Assembly (NCBI GenBank): GCA_015061685.1 | Contig: SUWD01000011.1 | Location: 4,980-68,979, forward strand | Direction: 5' to 3' | DNA length: 64,000 bases | Source of the DNA: Lentisphaerota bacterium | Lineage (GTDB): Bacteria > Verrucomicrobiota > Lentisphaeria > Victivallales > Victivallaceae | Part shown: piece by piece, positions 19,995-28,318 of the stretch | Layout: each line of letters starts with the position of its first letter | Position numbering within the stretch: the stretch's first letter is position 1 | Notes under the pieces: model-generated | What the model was told of the DNA's origin: nothing | Databases searched by the model: none | Seen by the model: only the letters and a program-made list of their open reading frames with translations | Made by a program: the position numbers and the translations under genes

Positions 19995-20011
19995 TATTGT
20001 ATCACACAATA
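19995..20011. promoter_or_regulatory. candidate GntR-type operator, copy 2 (TATTGTATCACACAATA)
   Basis: Exact repeat of 19895-19911, offset by exactly 100 bp. It ends 2 nt before the AAGGAG RBS of the pilin-like gene. Confidence 0.55.
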
Positions 20012-20023
20012 GAAAGGAGAGCT

Positions 20024-20854
20024 ATGAAAAATCATCTTTGCAAAAAATTTTCCGGCAGAAAAGAGAAGCCCTCATGCTTCACTTTGATCGAACTATTGGT
20101 CGTCATCGCAATTATAGCCATTTTGGCGGCAATACTGCTTCCGGCACTCAATTCCGCCCGGGCAAGGGGGCAGTTGATCAGCTGTGCAAGTAATCTCAAA
20201 CAAATTGCCGGTGGTGTAATTTCTTACGGCATGGATTACGATGATTTCATGCTGCCGATGGACGGCAGACTCAGAAGTATGGGTGGAACCAAGCACAGGA
20301 CATGGGCTTATTATGCCAGAAGTTACTTCGGCGTAAATGTTTCCGATGCAGATGCCAATGCCGGGATTGATGGAACTAATGCCCCGTATAATGTCCCGGC
20401 TTCAGAGCGTTTCGGCATTATGCACTGTCCGGCATCAACCAGGGGGCAGGGGGTTCAGGGATTCACATATGTATCTTACGGTATGCCGCGATACGTTGTC
20501 GGCGGATACGATATTGCCACTGAAAAAGACTTCATCCGCTTGAGTAAATTCAACCACCTGAAAAGCCCGTCAACTAAAGCGTATCTGCTTGATTCCTCAT
20601 ACAACTATCCGGAAGATAATGTTCCTCCGACGTTGAGTGCCACTGATAACAGCCCGATTGAATACAGAGGATATTATTTTGTTAAGAATAACGGCATATA
20701 TATCAACCGGTCAAGACATAAGCAGAAAAGCAATGTGGCTTTTACCGACGGACATGTGGAAACCATGACGGAAAGCACCATGCGTACCCTTTACAAAGAC
20801 AACACCAGCGTTTACAAAACAGATTTCCTCGGTGATAAAAACATAAGAAAATAA
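20024..20854 (+). CDS. prepilin-type N-terminal cleavage/methylation domain protein (DUF1559-like, H-X9-DG C-terminus)
   Basis: N-terminus [32 protein letters not shown] and C-terminal VAFTDGHVE motif. The ATG at 20024 is preceded by AAGGAG. Confidence 0.85.
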   Translation: MKNHLCKKFSGRKEKPSCFTLIELLVVIAIIAILAAILLPALNSARARGQLISCASNLKQIAGGVISYGMDYDDFMLPMDGRLRSMGGTKHRTWAYYARSYFGVNVSDADANAGIDGTNAPYNVPASERFGIMHCPASTRGQGVQGFTYVSYGMPRYVVGGYDIATEKDFIRLSKFNHLKSPSTKAYLLDSSYNYPEDNVPPTLSATDNSPIEYRGYYFVKNNGIYINRSRHKQKSNVAFTDGHVETMTESTMRTLYKDNTSVYKTDFLGDKNIRK

Positions 20855-20875
20855 ATTTTATACAGGAGCAATATC

Positions 20876-21343
20876 ATGAAAAAGATTCTCTCAATTTTCG
20901 TTGCTGTTTTCGCATTTACCGCCATTCTCTCTGCTGCACCTTCCATGAATGTTTCATTGGAGAAACAGTGCATCCAACCGGGTGAACCGCTGAAAATCAC
21001 CGTCCAATATCAACTTGGTCAGGATGAAAAGATCTCCTGTTATTATGTTCGCGGATTTGCGGCGGAGATGCCCAAGGCCGCCCAGGACAGCAATCTTTTC
21101 AATTGCCGGGTCAACAAAAAAGATCCCCGCTGGACAAATTATGATATCGTGAAACCGGTATTTTTCAAGATCACCCCTGAAGAACTTGCCAATGGCAAAA
21201 TCATCACCATTGATACAGCCAAACTTCCGGAAGGAGATTACAAACTGCGTTTCTACACCTCTTTTTACAACAGCGGAACAAAAAAATACAGTGACCTTTA
21301 CCGGTATCTGGTATTCTGTGTTGCAGCTTCCGGGGAAAAATGA
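20876..21343 (+). CDS. hypothetical secreted protein
   Basis: 155 aa with signal peptide MKKILSIFVAVFAFTAILSAAPS and an AGGAG RBS. It lies 21 bp after the pilin-like gene. Confidence 0.7.
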   Translation: MKKILSIFVAVFAFTAILSAAPSMNVSLEKQCIQPGEPLKITVQYQLGQDEKISCYYVRGFAAEMPKAAQDSNLFNCRVNKKDPRWTNYDIVKPVFFKITPEELANGKIITIDTAKLPEGDYKLRFYTSFYNSGTKKYSDLYRYLVFCVAASGEK

Positions 21344-21346
21344 TCT

Positions 21347-24319
21347 ATGAAGTTCCTTCCGTTTTTTGCGGCGGCGATAACAGCTTTTTCCGTTACTGCC
21401 GCTGACTTTGTTATCTCCCGAACCGGCAAAACTCCGGTGATTGACGGTAAATCTGATGATGCTGTATGGCAGAATCTGCCGTGGCAGGGGGAAAATTTCG
21501 TCCGTCTCGGAACTGCTGAAAAGGTTTCCGTACAAACCCGTTTCAAAAGTTGTCACAACAGTAAATACTGGTTTTTCCTGATCGAATGTTCCGAACCGGA
21601 TATCGGCAATTTGAAGCTCAAAAGTTCCGGCAGAGCCTATGCAAAAAACCGCTGGCAGGACGACTCTCTGGAGTTGACCTTTTCAGCTGATCCGGGCTTG
21701 CTCTCTCTGGTAAAATACTTTATCAATGCTTCCGGAGATGTTACAGTTTTTGATCTCAAAGACAAAAATCTTACTGCTCCGGCATATAATGCTGCTTTGA
21801 CCGTCCCGGCAGTAAAAACCGCTTCGGTGATCGGGAAAGATCATTGGACTTTGGAAACGGCGATTCCCTTTGCCGCCATTCCTTTTGCCGGCAGCAGCGA
21901 AGCAAAGTGGCGTTTTTGCATCGGCAGAAACCGTTATGCCGGAGGGAAAGAGGAATTGTCAACTCTGGCGATCCTCTCCCGGCCGCAACATCTTACTCCG
22001 CATGAATTTCCTTTCGCTCAACTGCAGGATTTTGACAAAGATAAATACAATATCAAATTTTCTGCCGGAGATCCGAAAGATTTTTCCCAGTCCAAAGACG
22101 GGTACTCTTTCAAACAGAAAATATCTGTTGTCAACCGTACCGGTTATTTCGCTCTGGTAAAAGTAAATACCAGACTGCTGTACCGCAACAAGCCGGCAGC
22201 TTCAGTGGAAAAGATTCTGGAACTGCCGCAGAATGGTTTCGGGTCAGCTGTACTTGATATTCCTTTCGCCGTCAATGGCAATTATGCCTTGGAACATACC
22301 GTTTCCAACCTCGCCGGAGTACCGCTTGCTTTTGCCCGGCAGGAGATCAAGGCCGCCTATATTCCCATTGAAACGACGGTCATCGCACCTCATTACCGGG
22401 ATTGCATTTTTGCCTCCCAGCCGGAAAAGCTTGTCCGTATTGCAGTAAAAAGCAAGGATGCCAAATGTGAAAATCTGACGGTTCAGATCACCGGAGAAAA
22501 AACTTTTCCTCCGGAAAAACTTGTTCTTGCCGGAGGTCAGGCTGAATTCAGCCGGGATTTCTCTCAATTCCCTGACGGCAGCTATTTCATAAATTTCACC
22601 GATCAGGCCGGACGGAGTGCCGTTGTCAGGATCCGCAAACTCCCCTATATGCGGGGCGAAGTGTGGATCAAACCCAATGGAACGATGATGGTTGACGGAA
22701 AACCTTTCATTCCCACCGGCTGGTTCCATATCACATATCCGACGGATAAAAAATACTTCAATACCAATATGGATTATATCCGTTTCTATCCGCCGGAAGC
22801 CAATCTGCCGTATCTTGACCGCTTCTGGGCCAAAGGAATGAAAAGTCTTCTGATGCCATACTCCGAAAAAAGCGGCTGGAGTTTGAAACTTTTTGCCTTT
22901 TCCGAAAGACGCGGAGAACTTTCCCGAATCCAGAGAGAGCATATTGTTGCTTTGGCAAAAGCAGTCCGGCATCACGAGGGATTGCTCGCCTATTACCTCG
23001 CCGATGAACCGGAAAATAACGATATGAATCCGGAGTGGTTTGCCGAAGTACGCAAAGTCCTTTTGGAATATGATCCCTATCACCCCTGTGTGATGCTCAA
23101 TCAGGACTTCAATGCCATAAAAAGATATATTGATTCAGCGGATATAACGTTTCCGGATTGTTATCCTAATTACGCAGAGGACGGCACCTCCCGCAAACCG
23201 ATCTGGCGTACTGCTGAATATGTGAAAAATGCGGTTTCGCTGCGTCCGACGTGGCTGGCTCCGCAGGCATTCTGCTGGAAACAGCCCGGAAAAAAATCCC
23301 GTCCGCCCACTTTGGATGAGATGCGGAATCAGGCGTGGCAGGGATTGATAAACGGCTGTAAAGGAGTGATTTTTTACAGTCATTACGATAACAGCCAGAT
23401 GTATTATCCGCTTATAATCGGTCCTGACTTTATCGCACAGGAAATTCAGGATGTGGCAAATCTCATTGCCGGAGATATTTGCAACAGCAAAATGAAATTC
23501 ACCGTAACTCCGGCAGATCCTTATTTCCAGTGTTCGCTTTTTGAGGCAGGCGGGGAAAAGATGATCGCTGCGGTCAATACGGCAAATGCAGTGCGTCGGG
23601 TTGACTTCTCCATACCGCAACTGGGGAACCGGACTCTTGCGATTTTGTCGGAAGATGGCGTTATCAATGTAAAAGACGGGAAATTCTCGGTGGAATTTCA
23701 ACCGCTGGAAACCCGGATATTCCTCACCGCAGCTCCGGAAGAAAGACATCAAACCGCCGCTCAAGTACGGAAAAATATCGCTGATTTGGAAGCCAGCCGG
23801 ATCAAACCGGGCAATCTCTTTGCTCTCGGCGGCAATTTGAGACAGGATATTGAGGAGATAACTCTGGGTAAACAACCCGGTAAATTGCGTTTTGCTCTTT
23901 CCAGTGATTCGCTTATCAATGACTACATCCACCGGGGAGTGGGTATCGGCTACTACCTTTTTGACGGAATTACCGGGGTGTATGCCAGCAGTAAACTGCA
24001 CTGGAAACCGGCCCGCAATGATGCGGAACCTGCCGTTTCAGTAACCTTGCCCCAAGCGGAAAAGATCGGATTCATCCGGCTCAATACTGTTTTGACTGAT
24101 GGGACTTCTCCGGTCAAATCCGGGGCAATCTACGCTGAAATCGACGGTAAAATGGTCAAATGTGCCGAATTCAAAAATGAATCAAACGAATGGATCGAAA
24201 TAAAATTCCCTGCTGTTTCCAGCAGTAAATGGCAAATCAAAATTACCGGATTCACGCCCAGAAAACCTCTGCTTTGTGAGATAGAGGCTTATGAATCAGC
24301 CGGAGAGAATAAACAATGA
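21347..24319 (+). CDS. large secreted multi-domain glycosidase-like protein (CBM9-like N-terminus, TIM-barrel-like core, discoidin/F5-8 type C-like C-terminus)
   Basis: 990 aa with a signal peptide. The DGKSDDAVWQNLPW motif is typical of CBM9/DOMON-like modules. LAYYLADEPE is a glycosidase-like block. The C-terminal segment ends in CEIEAY, as in discoidin domains. Domain calls are by eye only. Confidence 0.65.
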   Translation: MKFLPFFAAAITAFSVTAADFVISRTGKTPVIDGKSDDAVWQNLPWQGENFVRLGTAEKVSVQTRFKSCHNSKYWFFLIECSEPDIGNLKLKSSGRAYAKNRWQDDSLELTFSADPGLLSLVKYFINASGDVTVFDLKDKNLTAPAYNAALTVPAVKTASVIGKDHWTLETAIPFAAIPFAGSSEAKWRFCIGRNRYAGGKEELSTLAILSRPQHLTPHEFPFAQLQDFDKDKYNIKFSAGDPKDFSQSKDGYSFKQKISVVNRTGYFALVKVNTRLLYRNKPAASVEKILELPQNGFGSAVLDIPFAVNGNYALEHTVSNLAGVPLAFARQEIKAAYIPIETTVIAPHYRDCIFASQPEKLVRIAVKSKDAKCENLTVQITGEKTFPPEKLVLAGGQAEFSRDFSQFPDGSYFINFTDQAGRSAVVRIRKLPYMRGEVWIKPNGTMMVDGKPFIPTGWFHITYPTDKKYFNTNMDYIRFYPPEANLPYLDRFWAKGMKSLLMPYSEKSGWSLKLFAFSERRGELSRIQREHIVALAKAVRHHEGLLAYYLADEPENNDMNPEWFAEVRKVLLEYDPYHPCVMLNQDFNAIKRYIDSADITFPDCYPNYAEDGTSRKPIWRTAEYVKNAVSLRPTWLAPQAFCWKQPGKKSRPPTLDEMRNQAWQGLINGCKGVIFYSHYDNSQMYYPLIIGPDFIAQEIQDVANLIAGDICNSKMKFTVTPADPYFQCSLFEAGGEKMIAAVNTANAVRRVDFSIPQLGNRTLAILSEDGVINVKDGKFSVEFQPLETRIFLTAAPEERHQTAAQVRKNIADLEASRIKPGNLFALGGNLRQDIEEITLGKQPGKLRFALSSDSLINDYIHRGVGIGYYLFDGITGVYASSKLHWKPARNDAEPAVSVTLPQAEKIGFIRLNTVLTDGTSPVKSGAIYAEIDGKMVKCAEFKNESNEWIEIKFPAVSSSKWQIKITGFTPRKPLLCEIEAYESAGENKQ

Positions 24320-25605
24320 AAGAATTTAAAAAAGGCGATCACTCATGGTTCGTCCATGACCGCTTCGGGATGTTCATCCACTTCGGACTCTACTCCCTGC
24401 CGGCCAGACACGAGTGGATCCAGCGTTTTGAGGAGATATCTCCCGAAAATTATCAGAAGTATTTCAACAACTTCAATCCCGATCTTTTCGATGCTTCCGC
24501 ATGGGCAAAAGCCGCAAAAAATGCGGGGATGAAATATGTTATATTTACCACCAAACATCACGATGGTTTCTGTCTCTTTGATTCAGAATATACCGATTAC
24601 AAATGTACCAAAACTCCCTACGGCAAAGATATTCTCCGGCAGGTGGTCGATGCTTTCCGGCAGGAGGGGCTGCGGATCGGTCTTTACCACTCGCTGATCG
24701 ACTGGAATCACCGGGATTTCACCATTGACATTTATCATCCGCTTTGCAAACACCCGGATAAAGATAAGCTCAATGCCGGAAAAAATATGGCAAATTACCG
24801 GGAATATCTCCACCGGCAGACCCGGGAAATTTTAAGCAATTACGGTAAAATCGACATTTTATGGTATGATTTCTCCTATCCCGGGAGTGAGGGCGGCAAA
24901 GGTCATGAGGATTGGGATTCCCAAAATCTGGTAGAGCTTATCCGCTCCATCCAGCCTGAAATTTTACTTAACAACCGCCTTGATCTGCCCGGTTCAGGAG
25001 ATATAATCACGCCGGAGCAAAGCACTCCGGAGAATCCCATTGTCGATGAGTCCGGAAATCCGGTCGTTTGGGAAGGGTGTCAAACCTTTTCCGGCAGCTG
25101 GGGTTATCACCGGGATGAGATGACTTGGAAGTCCGAAAAACAGTGCATCGACATGCTCATCAATCACGTTTCCCGCAACGGCAATCTTTTGATGAATGTC
25201 GGTCCCAACGGCAGAGGGGAAATTGATTCCAGAGCGATGACGAGATTGGAACAATTCGGCAAATGGATGAAATATCACAGCGAATCAATTTACGCCTGTC
25301 AGGCAGCTCCGGCTGAATTCAAGGAGCCGCGGGATTGCCGTTACACCTGGAATCCGGAAACCCGTAAATTGTATTTGCACTTCATGAATTGGCCGTCCAA
25401 TTATCTGATCCTGCCGGATATGCAGGGGAGAATCGCTTATGCAAAATTCCTTCACGACCACAGTGAGGTGCAGTTTGCAGAAAACAATTCATCCGTTCTG
25501 CACGGCAATCTTGCAGTCAGAGCCCCGGCAAACAGCGTAACGCTCAAACTGCCGACCAATGCCCCGGAACCGGTTGTTCCGGTAATTGAATTGCAGATAA
25601 ATTAA
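24316..25605 (+). CDS. alpha-L-fucosidase (GH29)
   Basis: FGMFIHFGLYSLPA and KYVIFTTKHHDGFCLFDS are canonical GH29 motifs. It overlaps the upstream gene by 4 bp. Confidence 0.9.
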   Translation: MKEFKKGDHSWFVHDRFGMFIHFGLYSLPARHEWIQRFEEISPENYQKYFNNFNPDLFDASAWAKAAKNAGMKYVIFTTKHHDGFCLFDSEYTDYKCTKTPYGKDILRQVVDAFRQEGLRIGLYHSLIDWNHRDFTIDIYHPLCKHPDKDKLNAGKNMANYREYLHRQTREILSNYGKIDILWYDFSYPGSEGGKGHEDWDSQNLVELIRSIQPEILLNNRLDLPGSGDIITPEQSTPENPIVDESGNPVVWEGCQTFSGSWGYHRDEMTWKSEKQCIDMLINHVSRNGNLLMNVGPNGRGEIDSRAMTRLEQFGKWMKYHSESIYACQAAPAEFKEPRDCRYTWNPETRKLYLHFMNWPSNYLILPDMQGRIAYAKFLHDHSEVQFAENNSSVLHGNLAVRAPANSVTLKLPTNAPEPVVPVIELQIN

Positions 25606-25612
25606 AGAAATA

Positions 25613-25646
25613 TTTGCCCCCGGATTTCCGGGGGCAAACTTTTTTT
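25613..25646 (+). terminator. intrinsic terminator (possibly bidirectional)
   Basis: Perfect 11-bp stem TTTGCCCCCGG / CCGGGGGCAAA with an ATTT loop, followed by CTTTTTTT. It lies between the convergent fucosidase and glnN genes. Confidence 0.8.
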
Positions 25647-25721
25647 ACAGCACCGCCATCTTTCTGAAAATTGATACAAACCGGCAATGCTTTGTTTTTT
25701 TCGGGGGGGATAACAAGTTTA

Positions 25722-27860
25722 TCAGTAGATGAATAACATTTCCCGGTATTTGGGAAGCGGCCAGCGGGCATCATCGACCAGATACTCAAGAGCATCGACC
25801 GCCCGGCGGAGTCTTTCTACGGCAGAGAGAATTTCCGCAGGTTCGCCGCAGATAGCGATTTTCAGTTCATCGGCGGCGGCATTGAGTTCATCCAGAGACA
25901 GTCCGAGTCTGGCGGCATTGCTCTGCAAAGATTCTATCCCGTAAGTCAATTTTGCACTTTGAGCTTGAAGCAAAGTGGAACATACCCGGTTGAATTCATC
26001 GACTGCCGCCGGCTGGATCATACTGCGGGCGATTTCAAGGGCGATCCCGGCTTCGATACGGAGTTTCCGCAAATACTCCTCCAGCAGGATTTCGTGCCGG
26101 GAATCGAGTTCAGATTTGGAAAGGACACCGTATTTGATCAGCAAGTCCTGATTCTCCGGTACGAGCAGCGGTGAAATAGCTTCAATGGTACTGCGTAAAT
26201 TGGGCAGACCGCGTTTTTCAGCTTCAACGACCCACTCTTTGCTGTAATTATCGCCGTTGAAAATGATTCTTTTGTGCTTCTGAATGATCTGCTGAAGAAT
26301 TTTCTGCAGACCTTCATTGAATTTATCAGCCGGGACATTCTCCAATTGATCGGAGATGAAGTCGAATGATTCAGCCACGATGGTATTGATCATCATATTT
26401 ACCGCCGAACAGGATTGACCTGAACCGGGTGCACGAAATTCAAACTTGTTTCCGGTAAAAGCAAAGGGGCTGGTACGGTTGCGGTCAGTAGCATCCCGGG
26501 GGAGCGGCGGAAGCATATCAGCACCGATTTTCAAAGCACCGGGACGTGATTTCGCACCGGTTACGCTGCCGGTTTCGATCTGTTCAATAACTTCCGTGAG
26601 CTGATCTCCGAGGAAAATGGAGATGATAGCCGGGGGAGCTTCATTAGCACCGAGGCGGTGGTCATTTCCGGCTCCGGCGGTAACTGCACGCAAAAGATCG
26701 CTGTGCAGATCGACCGCCCGGATAACGGCACACAAGGTGGTCAGGAATATGGCATTGCGATGGGGGTCACTGCCGGGTTTAAGCAGACTCAAATCACCGT
26801 AATCCAGAGACCAGTTGCAGTGTTTACCTGAACCGTTGACGCCGAAAAACGGTTTTTCGTGCATGAGACAGACCAGATTGTGACGGTCGGCGACGACCCG
26901 GAGGACTTCCATAATGAGCATATTGTGATCGACGGCGAGGTTGAGTTCTTCAAATCTCGGAGCGATCTCAAACTGTGCCGGGGCAGCTTCATTGTGCCGG
27001 GTTTTAGCCGGGATGCCAAGTTTCCACAACTCTCTTTCCACTTCGGTCATAAAGGCGAGGATTCTGGGTTTGATCGAGCCGAAGTAGTGATCTTCCATCT
27101 GTTGATGTTTCGGCGGCGGGGCTCCGAAAAGGGTTCTTCCGGTCTGCATGAGATCGGGCCGCTGGAGATAGAAGTGCTTGTCGATGAGGAAATATTCCTG
27201 TTCGGCACCGAGCGTTACCATTACCCGTGCTTCGGTAAGACCGAAAAACTTCATCAGTCTGGTCGTGGAATTTTTTATTGCCTGAATTGAACGCAGCAGC
27301 GGAGTTTTCTTATCCAGAGCTTCGCCGGTGAAACTGCAGAAAGCTGTGGGGATACAGAGCGTTGCTCCGTTGCTGTGGCGTTTGATAAATGCCGGACTGG
27401 TCGGGTCCCAGGCGGTATAACCGCGTGCTTCAAAGGTACAACGCAGACCGCCGGAGGGGAAACTGGAAGCATCGGTTTCTCCTCCGATGAGGTTTTTGCC
27501 GGAGAATTCCATAAGTGCTTTGCCGTCGGCATCAAGCTCAAGGAAAGCATCATGTTTTTCTGCCGTACCGCCGTTGAGCGGCTGGAACCAGTGGGTGAAG
27601 TGGGTCGCCCCTCTTGCCAAAGCCCACTGCTTCATAGCCGAGGCGACATCTCCGGCAAGAGCCGGGTCAAGCGGTCTGCCGAAGTGTATGGTTTTCAGCA
27701 GAGCATCGATCACATCTCCGGAGAGATACTGTCGCATGACTTCGGTGGTGAAAACATCTTCTCCAAAGTCATTCATGGAAACGGCAACTCCCGGCATGGG
27801 GGCATTGCCGCACCGGACAGCGATCTCTTTTACCGCATTGGCACGGTTGTAATTGCTCAT
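25722..27860 (-). CDS. glnN: glutamine synthetase type III
   Basis: 712 aa, the length typical of GSIII. Conserved blocks include HFTHWFQPL, EQEYFLID and NGSGKHCNWS. Confidence 0.9.
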   Translation of the reverse strand: MSNYNRANAVKEIAVRCGNAPMPGVAVSMNDFGEDVFTTEVMRQYLSGDVIDALLKTIHFGRPLDPALAGDVASAMKQWALARGATHFTHWFQPLNGGTAEKHDAFLELDADGKALMEFSGKNLIGGETDASSFPSGGLRCTFEARGYTAWDPTSPAFIKRHSNGATLCIPTAFCSFTGEALDKKTPLLRSIQAIKNSTTRLMKFFGLTEARVMVTLGAEQEYFLIDKHFYLQRPDLMQTGRTLFGAPPPKHQQMEDHYFGSIKPRILAFMTEVERELWKLGIPAKTRHNEAAPAQFEIAPRFEELNLAVDHNMLIMEVLRVVADRHNLVCLMHEKPFFGVNGSGKHCNWSLDYGDLSLLKPGSDPHRNAIFLTTLCAVIRAVDLHSDLLRAVTAGAGNDHRLGANEAPPAIISIFLGDQLTEVIEQIETGSVTGAKSRPGALKIGADMLPPLPRDATDRNRTSPFAFTGNKFEFRAPGSGQSCSAVNMMINTIVAESFDFISDQLENVPADKFNEGLQKILQQIIQKHKRIIFNGDNYSKEWVVEAEKRGLPNLRSTIEAISPLLVPENQDLLIKYGVLSKSELDSRHEILLEEYLRKLRIEAGIALEIARSMIQPAAVDEFNRVCSTLLQAQSAKLTYGIESLQSNAARLGLSLDELNAAADELKIAICGEPAEILSAVERLRRAVDALEYLVDDARWPLPKYREMLFIY

Positions 27861-27898
27861 TGCTCTACCCTTTCTGTTGCAAAAGCTGTTATCTTTAT

Positions 27899-27927
27899 AA
27901 TATAACAGAGAAAAACGTTTTTCGCAA
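27899..27927 (-). promoter_or_regulatory. sigma70-like promoter TTGCGA-17-TATATT upstream of glnN, overlapped by inverted repeat CTGTTAT-N9-ATAACAG (27886-27908)
   Basis: Reverse-complement hexamers at 27922-27927 and 27899-27904 with a 17-nt spacer. A 7-bp-arm inverted repeat covers the -10 box. Confidence 0.4.
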
Positions 27928-27931
27928 GTTT

Positions 27932-28267
27932 TTACGCCCTGAAAATATCATAAACCTCATTGACTGCCGTTGCGGAAAGGATTTTTTTGGTATTGTCTTT
28001 CCGGTTGAGCAAAGAAGCTGCGGCGGCGAGACACTCAATATGCGGGGCATTGGCATTTGCCGGGCTTAAACAGAGAATGAAAATTTGCGTTTTCTGTCCA
28101 TCCATGGAGTCAAAGCAGTAACCATCTTTTTTGATACCGACAGCAATGGTCAATTCGGATACCGCTGTGGTACGGCAATGCGGTATGGCTATACCGTTTT
28201 GAATACAGGTTGAGGCGATATTTTTTTGCGGTATTTCCGGGGAAAATCCAACAGTAAGCAGAAGCAA
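27932..28267 (-). CDS. short PTS EIIA type-2 (PtsN/EIIA-Ntr-like) domain protein, N-terminally shortened
   Basis: The phosphorylation-site context GIAIPHCR and the C-terminal EIIA-2 fold sequence are present. The ORF is only 111 codons, starts at TTG, and is closed by an in-frame stop 24 nt upstream. Confidence 0.6.
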   Translation of the reverse strand: MLLLTVGFSPEIPQKNIASTCIQNGIAIPHCRTTAVSELTIAVGIKKDGYCFDSMDGQKTQIFILCLSPANANAPHIECLAAAASLLNRKDNTKKILSATAVNEVYDIFRA

Positions 28268-28318
28268 AAATACAGACGATTCAGAAGAAATTTACGGTCA
28301 GACATTCTTCCCCTCCGA

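Noticed and set aside
19897-20193. 98-aa ORF upstream of and overlapping the pilin-like gene
   Set aside because: It has no RBS. It spans the promoter and operator region and overlaps the pilin-like gene, which has a much better supported frame with an AAGGAG RBS at the 20024 start.
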